Positions 9,781 to 20,094 of a stretch of 32,000 nucleotides of DNA are shown piece after piece. The position numbers and the translations under genes are program-made. The notes below the pieces were generated by a model, which had not been told where the DNA came from, made no database searches, and worked only from the letters and a program-made list of their open reading frames with translations. Source of the stretch: Prochlorococcus marinus subsp. pastoris str. CCMP1986. Its GTDB lineage: Bacteria > Cyanobacteriota > Cyanobacteriia > PCC-6307 > Cyanobiaceae. Within the stretch, counting starts at the first letter, position 1, and each line of letters opens with the position of its first letter. The stretch is taken from the NCBI RefSeq assembly GCF_000011465.1, contig NC_005072.1, positions 1,560,001-1,592,000 of the forward strand, in the 5' to 3' direction.

Positions 9781-10173
9781 TTACTTCTTAAATAAAAAAT
9801 ATTTCGAACCTAAATAATTATTTAAGGCGCCAATAAATGCTCCTATCAACCAAGCAATCTTATAATTATCAATTAATCGACTCAAAAAAATAATTACTAG
9901 AGACATTTCTAAACCTCCTAAAAAATAAATTAAACAAAAAATAAAAAAAGATTTAATTATTTTTTTTTGTGAATTATCTCTAAAAACCCAAATCTTTGCA
10001 AAAACAAATGATGATAAAAGTCCTGTCGAGTAACCCAATAAGGAAGCAAATATTATATTTTTAAAAATTAAATAAAATGAATTAAATACTAAGAAATTTA
10101 TAAATGTTGCAATTAAACCCGAGATAAAAAATCTTAATATTTGATATTTATTTGCTTGAGAAATACTATTCAA
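9781..10173 (-). CDS. GtrA-like small membrane protein (polysaccharide/lipid-linked sugar translocation family)
   Basis: Four-TM protein with the GtrA pattern (LRFFISGLIATFINFLVFN ... NNYLGSKYFLF). The maximal ORF in the track runs to 10281 but overlaps the upstream NTF2-like gene by 76 nt. I place the start at the in-frame TTG at 10173..10171, the first canonical start after that gene's stop. The start remains uncertain. Confidence 0.7.
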   Translation of the reverse strand: MNSISQANKYQILRFFISGLIATFINFLVFNSFYLIFKNIIFASLLGYSTGLLSSFVFAKIWVFRDNSQKKIIKSFFIFCLIYFLGGLEMSLVIIFLSRLIDNYKIAWLIGAFIGALNNYLGSKYFLFKK

Positions 10174-10205
10174 AATTTTTAAAATTTTACTAACCTCTTT
10201 GATCT

Positions 10206-10637
10206 TTAAGATATAAATCTTGCATAAAGCCACCTTATAAATGGACCCAAAATAGGAACGGGCCCAAAAGTAGGACCACAAAAATCAAAATAATCTCTGT
10301 GTTCTTGGATTAAGCCATTGTCAGAAAATATCAAACGTGTCGTGCCAGGATATATAAATTCTTTACCCATAATTTTTAAACCCATAGTCCATTCTACAAA
10401 TCCATAGTTTCCGCTGATTGATATTGCATGAGTTTCCAAATAAACATCATCGCATCTTTTAACCAGCTTTTCTTGGGCCTCTACATAAGAATCTAATCCT
10501 TTCGTTTCCTGTGTTGGATCAATGAAGGTAACATTCTCATTATAAAACTCTGCCCACTTTGCTTTTGTTGGTGCATCTGCCCCATAGGGTTTAGTAAATA
10601 ATCCTCTTAAATCCTCAATAGAAACAGTAAGTGGCAT
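10206..10637 (-). CDS. Conserved hypothetical protein, probably NTF2/SnoaL-like fold
   Basis: 143-aa soluble ORF with coding-like composition. The pattern (FYNENVTFIDP ... GNYGFVEWTMGLKIMGKEFIYPGTTRLIFSDNGLIQEHRDYFD) resembles SnoaL-like/NTF2-like domains. The functional call is weak. Confidence 0.55.
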   Translation of the reverse strand: MPLTVSIEDLRGLFTKPYGADAPTKAKWAEFYNENVTFIDPTQETKGLDSYVEAQEKLVKRCDDVYLETHAISISGNYGFVEWTMGLKIMGKEFIYPGTTRLIFSDNGLIQEHRDYFDFCGPTFGPVPILGPFIRWLYARFIS

Positions 10638-10661
10638 TTAAAAATTTATATTTATTTATTA

Positions 10662-10667
10662 ATTATA
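10662..10667 (-). promoter_or_regulatory. Candidate -10 box (TATAAT) for the NTF2-like gene
   Basis: A perfect TATAAT on the minus strand lies about 24 nt upstream of the ATG at 10637, in the 115-nt spacer downstream of tRNA-Gly. Confidence 0.25.
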
Positions 10668-10752
10668 TTTCAAATTTTGTATTTTAAAAAAGTAATCATT
10701 TAAATAATCTGATTTAGCAGAACAATAGCCAACCAATTAATACAGCTTTAAA

Positions 10753-10824
10753 AGCGGATGAAGAGATTCGAACTCTCGACATTCTCCTTGGCAAGGAGAT
10801 GCTCTACCACTGAGCTACATCCGC
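10753..10824 (-). tRNA. trnG: tRNA-Gly (anticodon GCC)
   Basis: I folded the reverse complement by hand: GCGGATG TA GCTC AGTGGTA GAGC A TCTCC TTGCCAA GGAGA ATGTC GAGAG TTCGAAT CTCTT CATCCGC T. Acceptor, D and anticodon stems are perfect, the T-loop is TTCGAAT, and the length is 72 nt. The 3' CCA is not encoded. Confidence 0.95.
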
Positions 10825-10886
10825 ATACCTAGTTCATTTTATCTTAAAAAAGGAATGAAATGAACAAAACCTTACTTTTTTTGAAA

Positions 10887-11363
10887 CTAATTTAAATTTT
10901 TGATTAAAGAACCCATCTCAATTGCTTGTAAAGCATAGTTCCAACCAAGGTTGTTTTTTATCCCAGCTCTTTCTAAAGCCTGTTGCATACTATCAGTAGT
11001 TAAAACACCAAAAATAATTGGGACATTATTTTCATATGAAACTTGTGAAATTCCCTTACTAGCCTCAGAAATAACAACATCATAATGAGAAGTTTCTCCT
11101 CTAATAACAGCTCCAAGAGCAATTACAACGTCATAGTTAGTTTTTTTCAAAAGTGTTTTAGCTGCTATTGGCAGTTCAAATGATCCAGGAACCCAAACAA
11201 TATCAAGTTCTTTACTTGTTTCTGAAGTATCTAAACCATGTCTTTTAAGACAATCAAGACACCCAGATAATATTTTATTAGTAATTAAATCATTAAATCT
11301 AGCTACAACTATACCTACTTTTAAAGTAGAAGCATTGGTAAAAGATCCCTCAAAGATAGTCAT
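10887..11363 (-). CDS. ribH: 6,7-dimethyl-8-ribityllumazine synthase
   Basis: 158 aa. Motifs [17 protein letters not shown] and [14 protein letters not shown]. Confidence 0.95.
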   Translation of the reverse strand: MTIFEGSFTNASTLKVGIVVARFNDLITNKILSGCLDCLKRHGLDTSETSKELDIVWVPGSFELPIAAKTLLKKTNYDVVIALGAVIRGETSHYDVVISEASKGISQVSYENNVPIIFGVLTTDSMQQALERAGIKNNLGWNYALQAIEMGSLIKNLN

Positions 11364-11411
11364 TAAATTTTCTTTCTTATATATCTACACTCTCATGAAA
11401 AGGTACTAAGT

Positions 11412-11609
11412 TCAAACTAAGGCTGAAACAATCCCTGTAGCAAAAACTAAAACGAGCCAAACTGCAGCAATAGAATATATTTTTCTTCTACTTTCTTTCT
11501 GTCCATCTTCCGTAGAAGGTTGAGTTACATATAAAACGGGAACTCCTACTACCGCGATAAGAGAAGCAAATAAAAGAGCATTTACGAAGAAAAAATTAAC
11601 TGCCTGCAT
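11412..11609 (-). CDS. psbZ: Photosystem II reaction centre protein Z (Ycf9)
   Basis: 65-aa ORF with two TM helices. Its layout matches PsbZ: an N-terminal helix ending in VVGVPVLY, a short polar loop, and a second helix with VLVFATGIVSALV at the C-terminus. Confidence 0.85.
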   Translation of the reverse strand: MQAVNFFFVNALLFASLIAVVGVPVLYVTQPSTEDGQKESRRKIYSIAAVWLVLVFATGIVSALV

Positions 11610-11631
11610 GATTCAATCTTATTTTTAAATA

Positions 11632-11637
11632 ATTATA
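11632..11637 (-). promoter_or_regulatory. Candidate -10 box (TATAAT) for psbZ
   Basis: A perfect TATAAT on the minus strand lies 22 nt upstream of the psbZ ATG, implying a short 5' UTR. Confidence 0.3.
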
Positions 11638-11752
11638 GATACTATGATCTCATGAAAATGAATATTTTTGGAGAAAATTTACATACTTTTAGTCAGTTTT
11701 AAAATGCAAAACTAAAATATGTTCCTAATATCTATTTATAAATAATAAAAAG

Positions 11753-14500
11753 ATGGAAGAAGATACAATAATTCAGAAGGATTTATTTGCAATTAATCAT
11801 GAACTTAAACGCCCAAACAACTCAAGTCAAATACCTGATGATTTATCTACTGAAGAATTAAAAAAAGAGTCGCAGAAAAGGCCCAGACAAAGAAAAAATT
11901 CTACTAATTTAATAAACAAATTCAAAAATAATTCAAATTCAGAAAGAAAGAATGATTGCATTAATGAAAAGTCTTACAGTTATAAAACCGTTGAAAAACA
12001 AAAATTAACTCCAATTCTCAAACATTATGTGACATTAAAAGAAGAAAACAGCAATAGATTGTTGTTATATAGATTAGGTGACTTTTTTGAATGTTTTTTT
12101 GAAGATGCTGTATTCATATCTAACCTATTAGAAATAACCTTAACGAGCAAAGATGCGGGTAAAGATATTGGTAAAATTCCTATGGCAGGAGTCCCTTATC
12201 ATGCAATGGAGAGATACTGCGCCGAATTAATTAAAAAAAACCATTCAGTAGTTATATGTGATCAGTTAGAAAAAAGTACTGGAAATTACGGAACACCACT
12301 GAAAAGGGGCATAACCAGAATAATTACGCCAGGGACTGTAATTGAAGAAGGGATGTTGGTTGCAAAAAAAAATAATTGGATAACTGCAATCCACTTATCA
12401 GAAAACATTTCAGAAAACTTATATGAATGGGGTATTTCAAGAGCTGATGTGAGTACAGGAGAATTATTAACAATGGAGGGTCAATCAATCTCTAAATTAT
12501 TCGATGAAATTATTAAATTAGATACATCAGAAATCATCATAGGAAGCAATGAAGAGAAAAAGTTATTAGAAAACCAAAATCAACAAATTACATATACTGT
12601 CACCCAAGAAACTTTTTTCAGTATTAATGAAGCATGTTTAACTATAAAAAACTATTTTCAAATTCTTAGTTTAGAGGGCCTAGGACTCAAGCATTTAAAT
12701 AATGCGACTAAAGCACTTGGTGGCTTACTAAATTATTTAGAGAAAATAAATCCTTCAAATTTAGAGAACGATTCTTCTTTAAAAATTTCTTTAGATTTTC
12801 CACAAATACAATTTCCAAAAGATCATTTAATTATTGATTATCAAACTCAAAAAAATTTAGAAATAAAAAATACACAAAGAGAAAATAATTATGCTGGTTC
12901 ACTTCTGTGGAGTATTGATAGAACATATACCTGTATGGGTGCAAGATGTTTAAGAAGATGGATAGACTCTCCATTATTAAATATTGATGAAATTAATAAA
13001 AGACAAAATATTATTTCAAACTTTTTAGAGTCTAAAAAGTTGCGGACAGACACCCAAAATATACTTAGAGCAATGGGCGATTTAGAGAGACTTTCAGGGC
13101 GAGCATGTGCGGGGCATGCCAGTCCAAGAGATTTAATTGCAATCTCAGAGGGATTAAAAAAATTACCTAGATTAAAGTCAATTGTTAAATTATTTAAGTA
13201 TGAAATCCCATCCTGGACGAATCAATTAAAAAATATTGATAATGAGCTTTTAGAGTTAGCAGATCTAATAAGCTTCAAGCTAGTACAAAATCCACCTTTA
13301 AATACTAGTGAAGGAGGCATTATCCATGATGGGGTTGATAATGTGTTGGATGGCTTACGTAATTTAATTGACGACTACTCAGATTGGTTGAATCAAGAAG
13401 AATTAAAAGAAAGAAAAATTAGTAAAATATCAAATTTAAAAATTCAATTCCATAAAAACTTTGGTTATTACATATCAATTAATAAATCTAAAGTTAATTT
13501 AGCACCTGCTCATTGGATTAAAAGGCAAACTCTTACTAATGAGGAAAGATATGTAACCACAGAAATCAAGAATAGAGAAAGTAAAATATTTCAAGTCAAA
13601 AATCGCGCGGCTGCTAAAGAATATGAATTATTTTGCGAAGTAAGAAATCTTGTATCCGCCAAAACAAAAAGGATTAGATCCGTAGCAAAAGCTATTGCCT
13701 GTATAGATGCATTACTTGGTTTAGCAATTACATCATTAGAAAATAATTTTATAAAACCGACTATTTCACCCATTACTAATTCAACAGACCAACAAAGCAC
13801 AAAGATTATTGGAGGAAGGAATCCTATAGTTGAACAACTATTAACTAATAGAAAATTTATATCTAATGATATTTTGTTTAATAATAAGCAAAAATTAATC
13901 ATATTAACTGGTCCAAATGCAAGTGGAAAGAGTTGTTTTATTAGACAAATAGGATTAATACAAATTCTGGCTCAAATTGGAAGTTTCGTGCCTGCAAGCA
14001 AAGCCGATATTCAAATTGTAGATCGAATTTTTACAAGAATTGGAGCCGTAGATGATCAATCAACTGGACAATCGACATTCATGGTAGAAATGTCAGAAAC
14101 AGCATCAATACTAAATCAAGCGACATCAAACTCTCTTGTCTTACTTGATGAGATAGGAAGAGGGACCTCTACTTTTGATGGGTTATCCATAGCATGGTCA
14201 GTAAGTGAATATCTTGCAAAAAAAATTGTATGTAATACAATCTTTGCCACTCATTATCATGAACTAAATTATCTTAAACATACAAATACAAACGTAGAAA
14301 ATTTTCAGGTATTAGTAAAACAGAAGAAAGATCAACTATTTTTTTGTCATAAAATTGAAAAAGGTGGTGCGAACAAAAGTTATGGAATTGAAGCCGCTAA
14401 ATTAGCCGGGGTTCCTAAAGAAGTTATTAATAAAGCTATTTTAGTTTTAGATTATTTAGAAAAAAATAATCAGTTGAATGCTCAAATTAAAATTAAATAA
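11753..14500 (+). CDS. mutS: DNA mismatch repair protein MutS
   Basis: 915 aa. The mismatch-binding domain starts near LTPILKHY. Walker [11 protein letters not shown], then [21 protein letters not shown] and ATHYHEL. It carries a basic N-terminal extension of about 84 aa. Confidence 0.97.
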
Positions 14501-14529
14501 AATTTTAAACAGATTATATAAAAATTATT

Positions 14530-15153
14530 TTAAATAGATTCTCTTAATAAGGCATTAACAGCTGCTGCAGCCATTGCAGCCCCTCCTCTCGTAGAGTTCA
14601 TAACAATTCTAGGATAATTAGTATTGAGTAATTTATTTTTACTTTGCCTAACACCAATAAAACCTACAGGCATTCCGATAATTAAACTAGGAATCTGTTG
14701 TGAATTCTGTATAATCTCTAATAAATTTACTAATGCAGTTGGAGAACTTCCAATAACAATAATTGGCGATTGGTTTCCTGAATTATTAGCAGATAATTCA
14801 ATCCAACCTTTTTCTATCCCATAAGCAGTTTTAGTCAACTCTGATAAATCTCTATCATCAAACCAATGTTTCGCCGAAACAACTAAGTTTCCGTTTGTAT
14901 TTTTTGCCATTGATTTAATAGCTGCTGCTGCCATATCAGTATCAGTCAATATTGGTGCTCCAGCTTTAAGAGATTTAACACCTTTTTCGCACGCCCCTTC
15001 ACTAAACTCCAAAAGTTTCTGAATATTAAAATCACCTGAAGTATGAACTAATCTTTCTAAAACTCTATTTTCCAAATAATTGAAATTATTTTCAATCAAA
15101 TTAGATTTAATAAACCTAATACTTTCTAAAAAAATAGGATGATCTTTTATCAT
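14530..15153 (-). CDS. cobH: Precorrin-8X methylmutase (CobH/CbiC)
   Basis: 207 aa. Motifs VHTSGDF, IGSSPTAL and MPVGFIG, with a C-terminal GGAAMAAAAVNALL typical of CobH/CbiC. Confidence 0.88.
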   Translation of the reverse strand: MIKDHPIFLESIRFIKSNLIENNFNYLENRVLERLVHTSGDFNIQKLLEFSEGACEKGVKSLKAGAPILTDTDMAAAAIKSMAKNTNGNLVVSAKHWFDDRDLSELTKTAYGIEKGWIELSANNSGNQSPIIVIGSSPTALVNLLEIIQNSQQIPSLIIGMPVGFIGVRQSKNKLLNTNYPRIVMNSTRGGAAMAAAAVNALLRESI

Positions 15154-15187
15154 TAAAATTTAATTTACTTTATCTTAAAGAAAGCAT

Positions 15188-15195
15188 AATTATAA
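15188..15195. promoter_or_regulatory. Candidate overlapping divergent -10 boxes for cobH and holA (ATTATAAT)
   Basis: TATAAT on the plus strand at 15190..15195 lies 20 nt upstream of the holA ATG. TATAAT on the minus strand at 15193..15188 lies 34 nt upstream of the cobH ATG. Both sit in a 62-bp divergent spacer. TATAAT-like hexamers occur by chance in AT-rich DNA. Confidence 0.3.
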
Positions 15196-15215
15196 TAAGA
15201 TTCTTTTTTGCAGAT

Positions 15216-16217
15216 ATGCCAATACAAATAATATGGGGAAATGATTTAAATGCAAGTAATAAGTTTATAAAACAAATAATTGATGAAAAAGTATCCAAAA
15301 CATGGGGAGAAATAAATATTAGTTACTTAAATGGTGATGATGATAATCAAATAAAACAAGCATTTGATGAAATACTAACACCTCCTTTGGGGGATGGATC
15401 TCGAGTAGTTGTATTAAAAAATAACCCATTATTCACAAATAAAAATGAGGAAATAAGGCTCAAATTTGAAAAAATTTATCAAAACATTCCAAGTAACACT
15501 TACTTTCTTTTACAAAATACAAAAAAACCAGATTCAAGACTAAAGAGTACAAAATTTATTCAAAATTTAATAAAAAAAGATTTAGCAATTGAAACCTCAT
15601 TTTCATTGCCCGATATCTGGGATTTTGAAGGCCAGAAAAGATACTTAGAATTCACAGCAAATTCGATGAATATTCATTTAGGTAAAGGGACCGCTGATTT
15701 AATTATTGATTCAGTAGGAAATGATAGTTTTAACTTAGCTAGCGAATTATCTAAAGCAAAGATATATCTATCTGCAATAAATAATAACGAAAACAAAGGA
15801 CTTATTCTAGAAAGTGATGTTGTAAAAAAAATATTCAATGATCAACAGTCAAATATCTTTAAAATAATCGATCATCTATTACAAAATAGTATTAGTGATG
15901 GTCTTATAGAAATCTATTATTTATTAAAAAAAGGGGAACCTGCTTTAAGGCTCAATGCGGGATTAATAAGTCAAATCAGAATGCATACCATAGTAAAATT
16001 ACTTCATAAATCTGGTGAGCAAGATTTATCAAAAATATGCAAACTTGCAAATATATCTAACCCAAAAAGAATTTTTTTTATCCGTAAAAAAGTAAACAAT
16101 ATATCCTCAGATTTCTTAATTAAATTGATGAGTAATTTATTAGATATTGAATCATCACTAAAAAAAGGCAATAATCCTATTAATGTATTTGCGGAAAATC
16201 TCGTTAACTTAAGTTAA
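15216..16217 (+). CDS. holA: DNA polymerase III delta subunit
   Basis: 333 aa. The N-terminal IIWGND start and overall length and pattern fit HolA. The family is divergent, so the call rests on weak similarity and on the conserved cyanobacterial context. Confidence 0.7.
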   Translation: MPIQIIWGNDLNASNKFIKQIIDEKVSKTWGEINISYLNGDDDNQIKQAFDEILTPPLGDGSRVVVLKNNPLFTNKNEEIRLKFEKIYQNIPSNTYFLLQNTKKPDSRLKSTKFIQNLIKKDLAIETSFSLPDIWDFEGQKRYLEFTANSMNIHLGKGTADLIIDSVGNDSFNLASELSKAKIYLSAINNNENKGLILESDVVKKIFNDQQSNIFKIIDHLLQNSISDGLIEIYYLLKKGEPALRLNAGLISQIRMHTIVKLLHKSGEQDLSKICKLANISNPKRIFFIRKKVNNISSDFLIKLMSNLLDIESSLKKGNNPINVFAENLVNLS

Positions 16218-16256
16218 TCAAATATTAAGTTTAATAATTTATATTATGATTTAAAT

Positions 16257-18017
16257 ATGGCTTTATTAATCAAAAAATTTGGCGGCACATCGGTTGAAGA
16301 TATCACAAAAATTAAGGCGATTGCACAAAGTATTATTCAAAGTAAAGAAGCTGGAAATGATATCGTCGTAGTTGTATCTGCAATGGGTCATTCTACAGAT
16401 CACTTAAATAAGTTAGCAGAATCAATCAGCAAAAATCCCAATAGCCGAGAATTAGATATGCTCCTCTCTACAGGGGAGCAAGTAACTATGGCACTTCTAT
16501 CAATGTCATTAAATGAATATGGGATTCCTGCAATATCTTTGACAGGTAGCCAAGTGGGAATTGTTACTGAATCAATTCATGGAAAAGCGAGAATTCTAGA
16601 TATCAAAACAGAACGCATACAAAACTATATTAATCAAGGTTATGTAGTAGTAGTTGCAGGGTTTCAAGGCTCAACGCTTAGTCATACTGGATCAATGGAA
16701 ATCACAACTTTGGGAAGAGGGGGTTCAGATACTTCAGCAGTAGCACTATCCACAGCATTAGGTGCAGAAACTTGCGAGATATATACAGATGTTCCTGGAG
16801 TTCTTACCACTGATCCAAGAATTGTACCTAATGCAAAATTGTTAGATATTATTAGTTGTGAAGAGATGCTAGAACTTGCGAGTGTGGGTGCTTCAGTACT
16901 TCATCCAAGAGCTGTAGAAATTGCTCGCAATTATGGAATTAAATTATATGTAAAATCGAGCCAAGCCCTCTCAAATGGCACTCTTCTACATAGCAAAATT
17001 AAACCATTAGCTTTAAAAAGAGGAGGGTTAGAATTAACAAAAACTGTTAATAGTCTTGAAGTATTAGAAAAGCAAACCGTATTTAGTATTTCCAAACTCC
17101 CTGACAGACCTGGAATTGCAGCTCAAATATTTGAAACCTTGTCTAAAGCGAACATTAATGTTGATTTAATAATCCAAGCTACACATGATGGGAAGAGTAA
17201 TGATATTGCATTTACAGTTAATGATTTTGAGTTAACCAAAACAATTGATCAATGTAAATTAATAACAAAACAATTAGGTGGCGAATATGATTTCAAAAAA
17301 AATATGACTAAATTAAGTATTCAAGGAGCTGGAATAATGGGGAGACCAAGTGTATCAGCTGATTTATTTGATACTTTATTCCAAGCAAACATAAATGTAA
17401 GATTAATAGCTACCAGCGAAATCAAAGTCAGCTGCGTAATTGATATTGAAAATATTTCAAAAGCTATTAGATTTGTCAGTGAAAAATTTAAATTATCTGA
17501 TAAACAAATATTTATTAACCCAGTAATTGAGAGTGAAGATCAGCCTGAGGTAAGAGGAATTGCATTAGATAAAAATCAAGTTCAAGTTAGCATTAGGAAC
17601 CTACCTGATAAACCTGGGGTGGCAGCTTCAATATGTTTAGCTCTCGCAGAGAATAATTTAATTTTTGATACTATTGTGCAATCTGAAAGGTTAACATCTT
17701 TAAAAACCAAAGACATAAGTTTCACCATGAGCAAGCAAGATAGAGAAAGAGCTAATACAATTTTCCACTCTTTAACAAAAAAATTGGCAGGATCATTCAT
17801 CGAAGATGGACCAGCTATAGCTAAAGTAAGCACAGTTGGAGCTGGAATGGCATTTAAGGTTGGAACAGCTGGGAAAATTTTTAGAGCACTTGCTAATAAA
17901 AATATTAATATTGAAATGATTGCTACAAGTGAAATAAGAACTTCTTGTATCGTCTTAGAACAAGATTGTGACCAAGCAGTTAATGCAATTCATTCTTATT
18001 TTCAATTAGATAAATAA
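16257..18017 (+). CDS. lysC: Aspartate kinase, cyanobacterial long form with a duplicated ACT regulatory region
   Basis: 586 aa. Kinase motifs KFGGTSV, VVVSAMG and GRGGSDTSA. Two consecutive ACT-ACT modules follow: SKLPDRPGIAAQIFETL / GAGIMGRPSVSADLFDTL, then RNLPDKPGVAASICLAL / GAGMAFKVGTAGKIFRAL. Confidence 0.96.
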   Translation: MALLIKKFGGTSVEDITKIKAIAQSIIQSKEAGNDIVVVVSAMGHSTDHLNKLAESISKNPNSRELDMLLSTGEQVTMALLSMSLNEYGIPAISLTGSQVGIVTESIHGKARILDIKTERIQNYINQGYVVVVAGFQGSTLSHTGSMEITTLGRGGSDTSAVALSTALGAETCEIYTDVPGVLTTDPRIVPNAKLLDIISCEEMLELASVGASVLHPRAVEIARNYGIKLYVKSSQALSNGTLLHSKIKPLALKRGGLELTKTVNSLEVLEKQTVFSISKLPDRPGIAAQIFETLSKANINVDLIIQATHDGKSNDIAFTVNDFELTKTIDQCKLITKQLGGEYDFKKNMTKLSIQGAGIMGRPSVSADLFDTLFQANINVRLIATSEIKVSCVIDIENISKAIRFVSEKFKLSDKQIFINPVIESEDQPEVRGIALDKNQVQVSIRNLPDKPGVAASICLALAENNLIFDTIVQSERLTSLKTKDISFTMSKQDRERANTIFHSLTKKLAGSFIEDGPAIAKVSTVGAGMAFKVGTAGKIFRALANKNINIEMIATSEIRTSCIVLEQDCDQAVNAIHSYFQLDK

Positions 18018-18025
18018 ATAATTAT

Positions 18026-20065
18026 TTAAGTATTTCTAGATAATTTTTGCCTGAGTTTCTTAATTCTATCTCTAAGATTTGCAGCCTCTTCAAAATTTAG
18101 TTCTTTTGCTGCATCTTTCATTTTATTTTCTAACTTATCAATTAAGCTAGGCATTTCATCTAGTAAACATTGATTATCTTTAGCATTTAAAATATCGTCC
18201 GTTTTATTACTAACAATGTTTATCAGATCTTTAGATAATCCTCCAGTATCTAATTTTCTGGAAAGCTCTAAAAAAGATAATATTGAATTTTCAATTTTCT
18301 TACCTGCAGGTTTTGGAGTAATGCCATTGATTTGATTATATTTTTTTTGGATAGTTCTTCTTCTATCAGTTTCAGATATCGCTCTTTTCATTGATTCAGT
18401 AAAGTTATCTGCATAAAGTAAAGCAACCCCCTCAACATGTCTTGCCGCTCTTCCAATAGTTTGAATTAGGGATCGCTCTGCTCTCAAAAAGCCCTCTTTA
18501 TCTGCATCTAAAATAGCAACCAAAGAAACTTCAGGGAGATCAAGACCTTCTCTTAGCAAATTTACTCCAACCAGTACATCATATTCACCCAATCTAAGAT
18601 CTTGAATAATCTCTATCCTTTCAATCGAATGAATTTCAGAATGCAAATATCTCACCCTTACTTTATTGTCAGATAAAAAATCCGTAAGATCTTCTGCCAT
18701 CCTTTTTGTAAGAGTAGTAACCAATACTCTCTGGTTCTTTTTAGCTCTAACTCTTATTTCTGATAAAAGATCATCTATTTGTCCATCACTAGGCCTTACA
18801 TCAATTATGGGATCTAAAACCCCTGTAGGTCTAATAACCTGTTCAATAAACTTGCCTTCGCATTGATCCAACTCCCATTGGCCAGGGGTTGCACTAATAA
18901 ACAATGTCTGTCTGGATTTTTCCCAAAACTCTTCACACTTTAAAGGTCTATTATCTGCAGCACTCGGTAATCTAAAACCATGATCTATTAATACTTTTTT
19001 TCTAGCTTGATCTCCGTTATACATTGCATGTAATTGCGGACATGTTACGTGACTTTCATCAACTACTAATAACCAATCTTTTGGAAAATAATCTATTAGA
19101 CATTCTGGAGGAGTTCCTTCTTCTCTACCAGCCAAATGACGTGCATAATTTTCAACACCATTACAATATCCAACTTCTCTTAGCATTTCCAAATCATATT
19201 TTGTGCGCTGCTCTAAACGCTGCGCCTCCAACAACTTGCCTTCATAAGCAAATTTATCGAGTTGTTCTTTTAATTCATTTCTAATAGCACTAATAGCGGA
19301 ATCTAGTCTCTCTTTTGGAGTGACAAAATGCTTGGCTGGATAAACACTCACTTGATCAAGACTCTCAAGAATCTCTCCAGTTAATGGATCAACAAATCTA
19401 ATAGCCTCAATCTCATCTCCAAATAATTCAATTCTTATCAATCTGTCTTCATAAGCTGGTCCAATTTCTAATACATCTCCCTTAATTCTAAATCTACCTC
19501 TCGTAATTTCTGTATCATTTCTTGTATATTGATTATCCACAAGCGCTCTTAGAGAAGAACGTAAATCTATAGATTCACCAACAGCAAATTTAACAGCAGC
19601 TTTTAAATATTCACTTGGTATTCCTAAACCATAAATACAACTAATAGATGCAACAACAATTACATCCTTCCTTTCAAATAATGATCTAGTTGCCGAATGC
19701 CTAAGCATATCAATCTCTTCATTAATTGAAGCAGTTTTTGCTATGTAAGTATCGCTTACTGGTACATAAGCTTCTGGCTGATAATAATCATAGTAAGAGA
19801 TGAAGTATTCAACAGCATTTTTAGGAAAAAACTGCCTTAATTCATTACATAATTGAGCTGCTAAAGTTTTATTATGAGCCAGAATAAGTGCTGGTCTTCC
19901 AGTTTGCTGAATTACATTAGCAATAGTAAAAGTTTTTCCCGTTCCAGTTGCTCCTAAAAGTGTCTGAAACTCTTCGCCACTATTAACTCCTTGAACTAAC
20001 TTCTTAATGGCTTTAGGTTGATCACCATTTGGTTGATAAGGTGCTTGAAGCTTATAGTTATTCAT
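18026..20065 (-). CDS. uvrB: Excinuclease ABC subunit B
   Basis: 679 aa. Walker [19 protein letters not shown] box, GRAARH, and a C-terminal UVR domain ([16 protein letters not shown]). Confidence 0.98.
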   Translation of the reverse strand: MNNYKLQAPYQPNGDQPKAIKKLVQGVNSGEEFQTLLGATGTGKTFTIANVIQQTGRPALILAHNKTLAAQLCNELRQFFPKNAVEYFISYYDYYQPEAYVPVSDTYIAKTASINEEIDMLRHSATRSLFERKDVIVVASISCIYGLGIPSEYLKAAVKFAVGESIDLRSSLRALVDNQYTRNDTEITRGRFRIKGDVLEIGPAYEDRLIRIELFGDEIEAIRFVDPLTGEILESLDQVSVYPAKHFVTPKERLDSAISAIRNELKEQLDKFAYEGKLLEAQRLEQRTKYDLEMLREVGYCNGVENYARHLAGREEGTPPECLIDYFPKDWLLVVDESHVTCPQLHAMYNGDQARKKVLIDHGFRLPSAADNRPLKCEEFWEKSRQTLFISATPGQWELDQCEGKFIEQVIRPTGVLDPIIDVRPSDGQIDDLLSEIRVRAKKNQRVLVTTLTKRMAEDLTDFLSDNKVRVRYLHSEIHSIERIEIIQDLRLGEYDVLVGVNLLREGLDLPEVSLVAILDADKEGFLRAERSLIQTIGRAARHVEGVALLYADNFTESMKRAISETDRRRTIQKKYNQINGITPKPAGKKIENSILSFLELSRKLDTGGLSKDLINIVSNKTDDILNAKDNQCLLDEMPSLIDKLENKMKDAAKELNFEEAANLRDRIKKLRQKLSRNT

Positions 20066-20094
20066 TCATCTAATAACTTAAGATTTTTTATATC

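Noticed and set aside
10206-10281. Programmed -1 frameshift fusing the NTF2-like ORF to the GtrA-like ORF, which lies in the -1 frame relative to it.
   Set aside because: I found no X XXY YYZ slippery heptamer in the overlap on hand inspection. A soluble NTF2 domain fused to GtrA has no precedent that I know of. A downstream TTG start explains the data more simply.
9324-10824. Possible small genomic island next to tRNA-Gly. The GNAT, GtrA-like and NTF2-like genes are the only non-housekeeping patch in the window.
   Set aside because: There is no integrase or mobility gene. I could find no direct repeat of the tRNA 3' end, no composition shift and no pseudogene debris. The genes are packed as tightly as the core genes around them. 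Comparative genomics could still show variability here.
10831-10866. Hairpin GTTCATTT / AAATGAAC between ribH and tRNA-Gly, as a possible terminator or processing signal.
   Set aside because: The stem is 8 bp with only two G:C pairs, the loop is about 18 nt, and no adjacent T-tract lies on the transcribed (minus) strand. It is too weak to call.
11652-11702. 16-aa ORF (MKMNIFGENLHTFSQF) in the psbZ/mutS divergent spacer.
   Set aside because: There is no ribosome-binding site and nothing recognisable in the peptide. Its length is expected by chance, and the spacer is needed for the two promoters.
11364-16256. Riboswitches upstream of ribH (FMN), cobH (cobalamin) and lysC (lysine), and a fluoride riboswitch upstream of crcB (523..526).
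   Set aside because: The upstream non-coding spaces are only 48, 62, 39 and 3 nt. These are far shorter than the respective aptamers, and no conserved riboswitch cores were seen.
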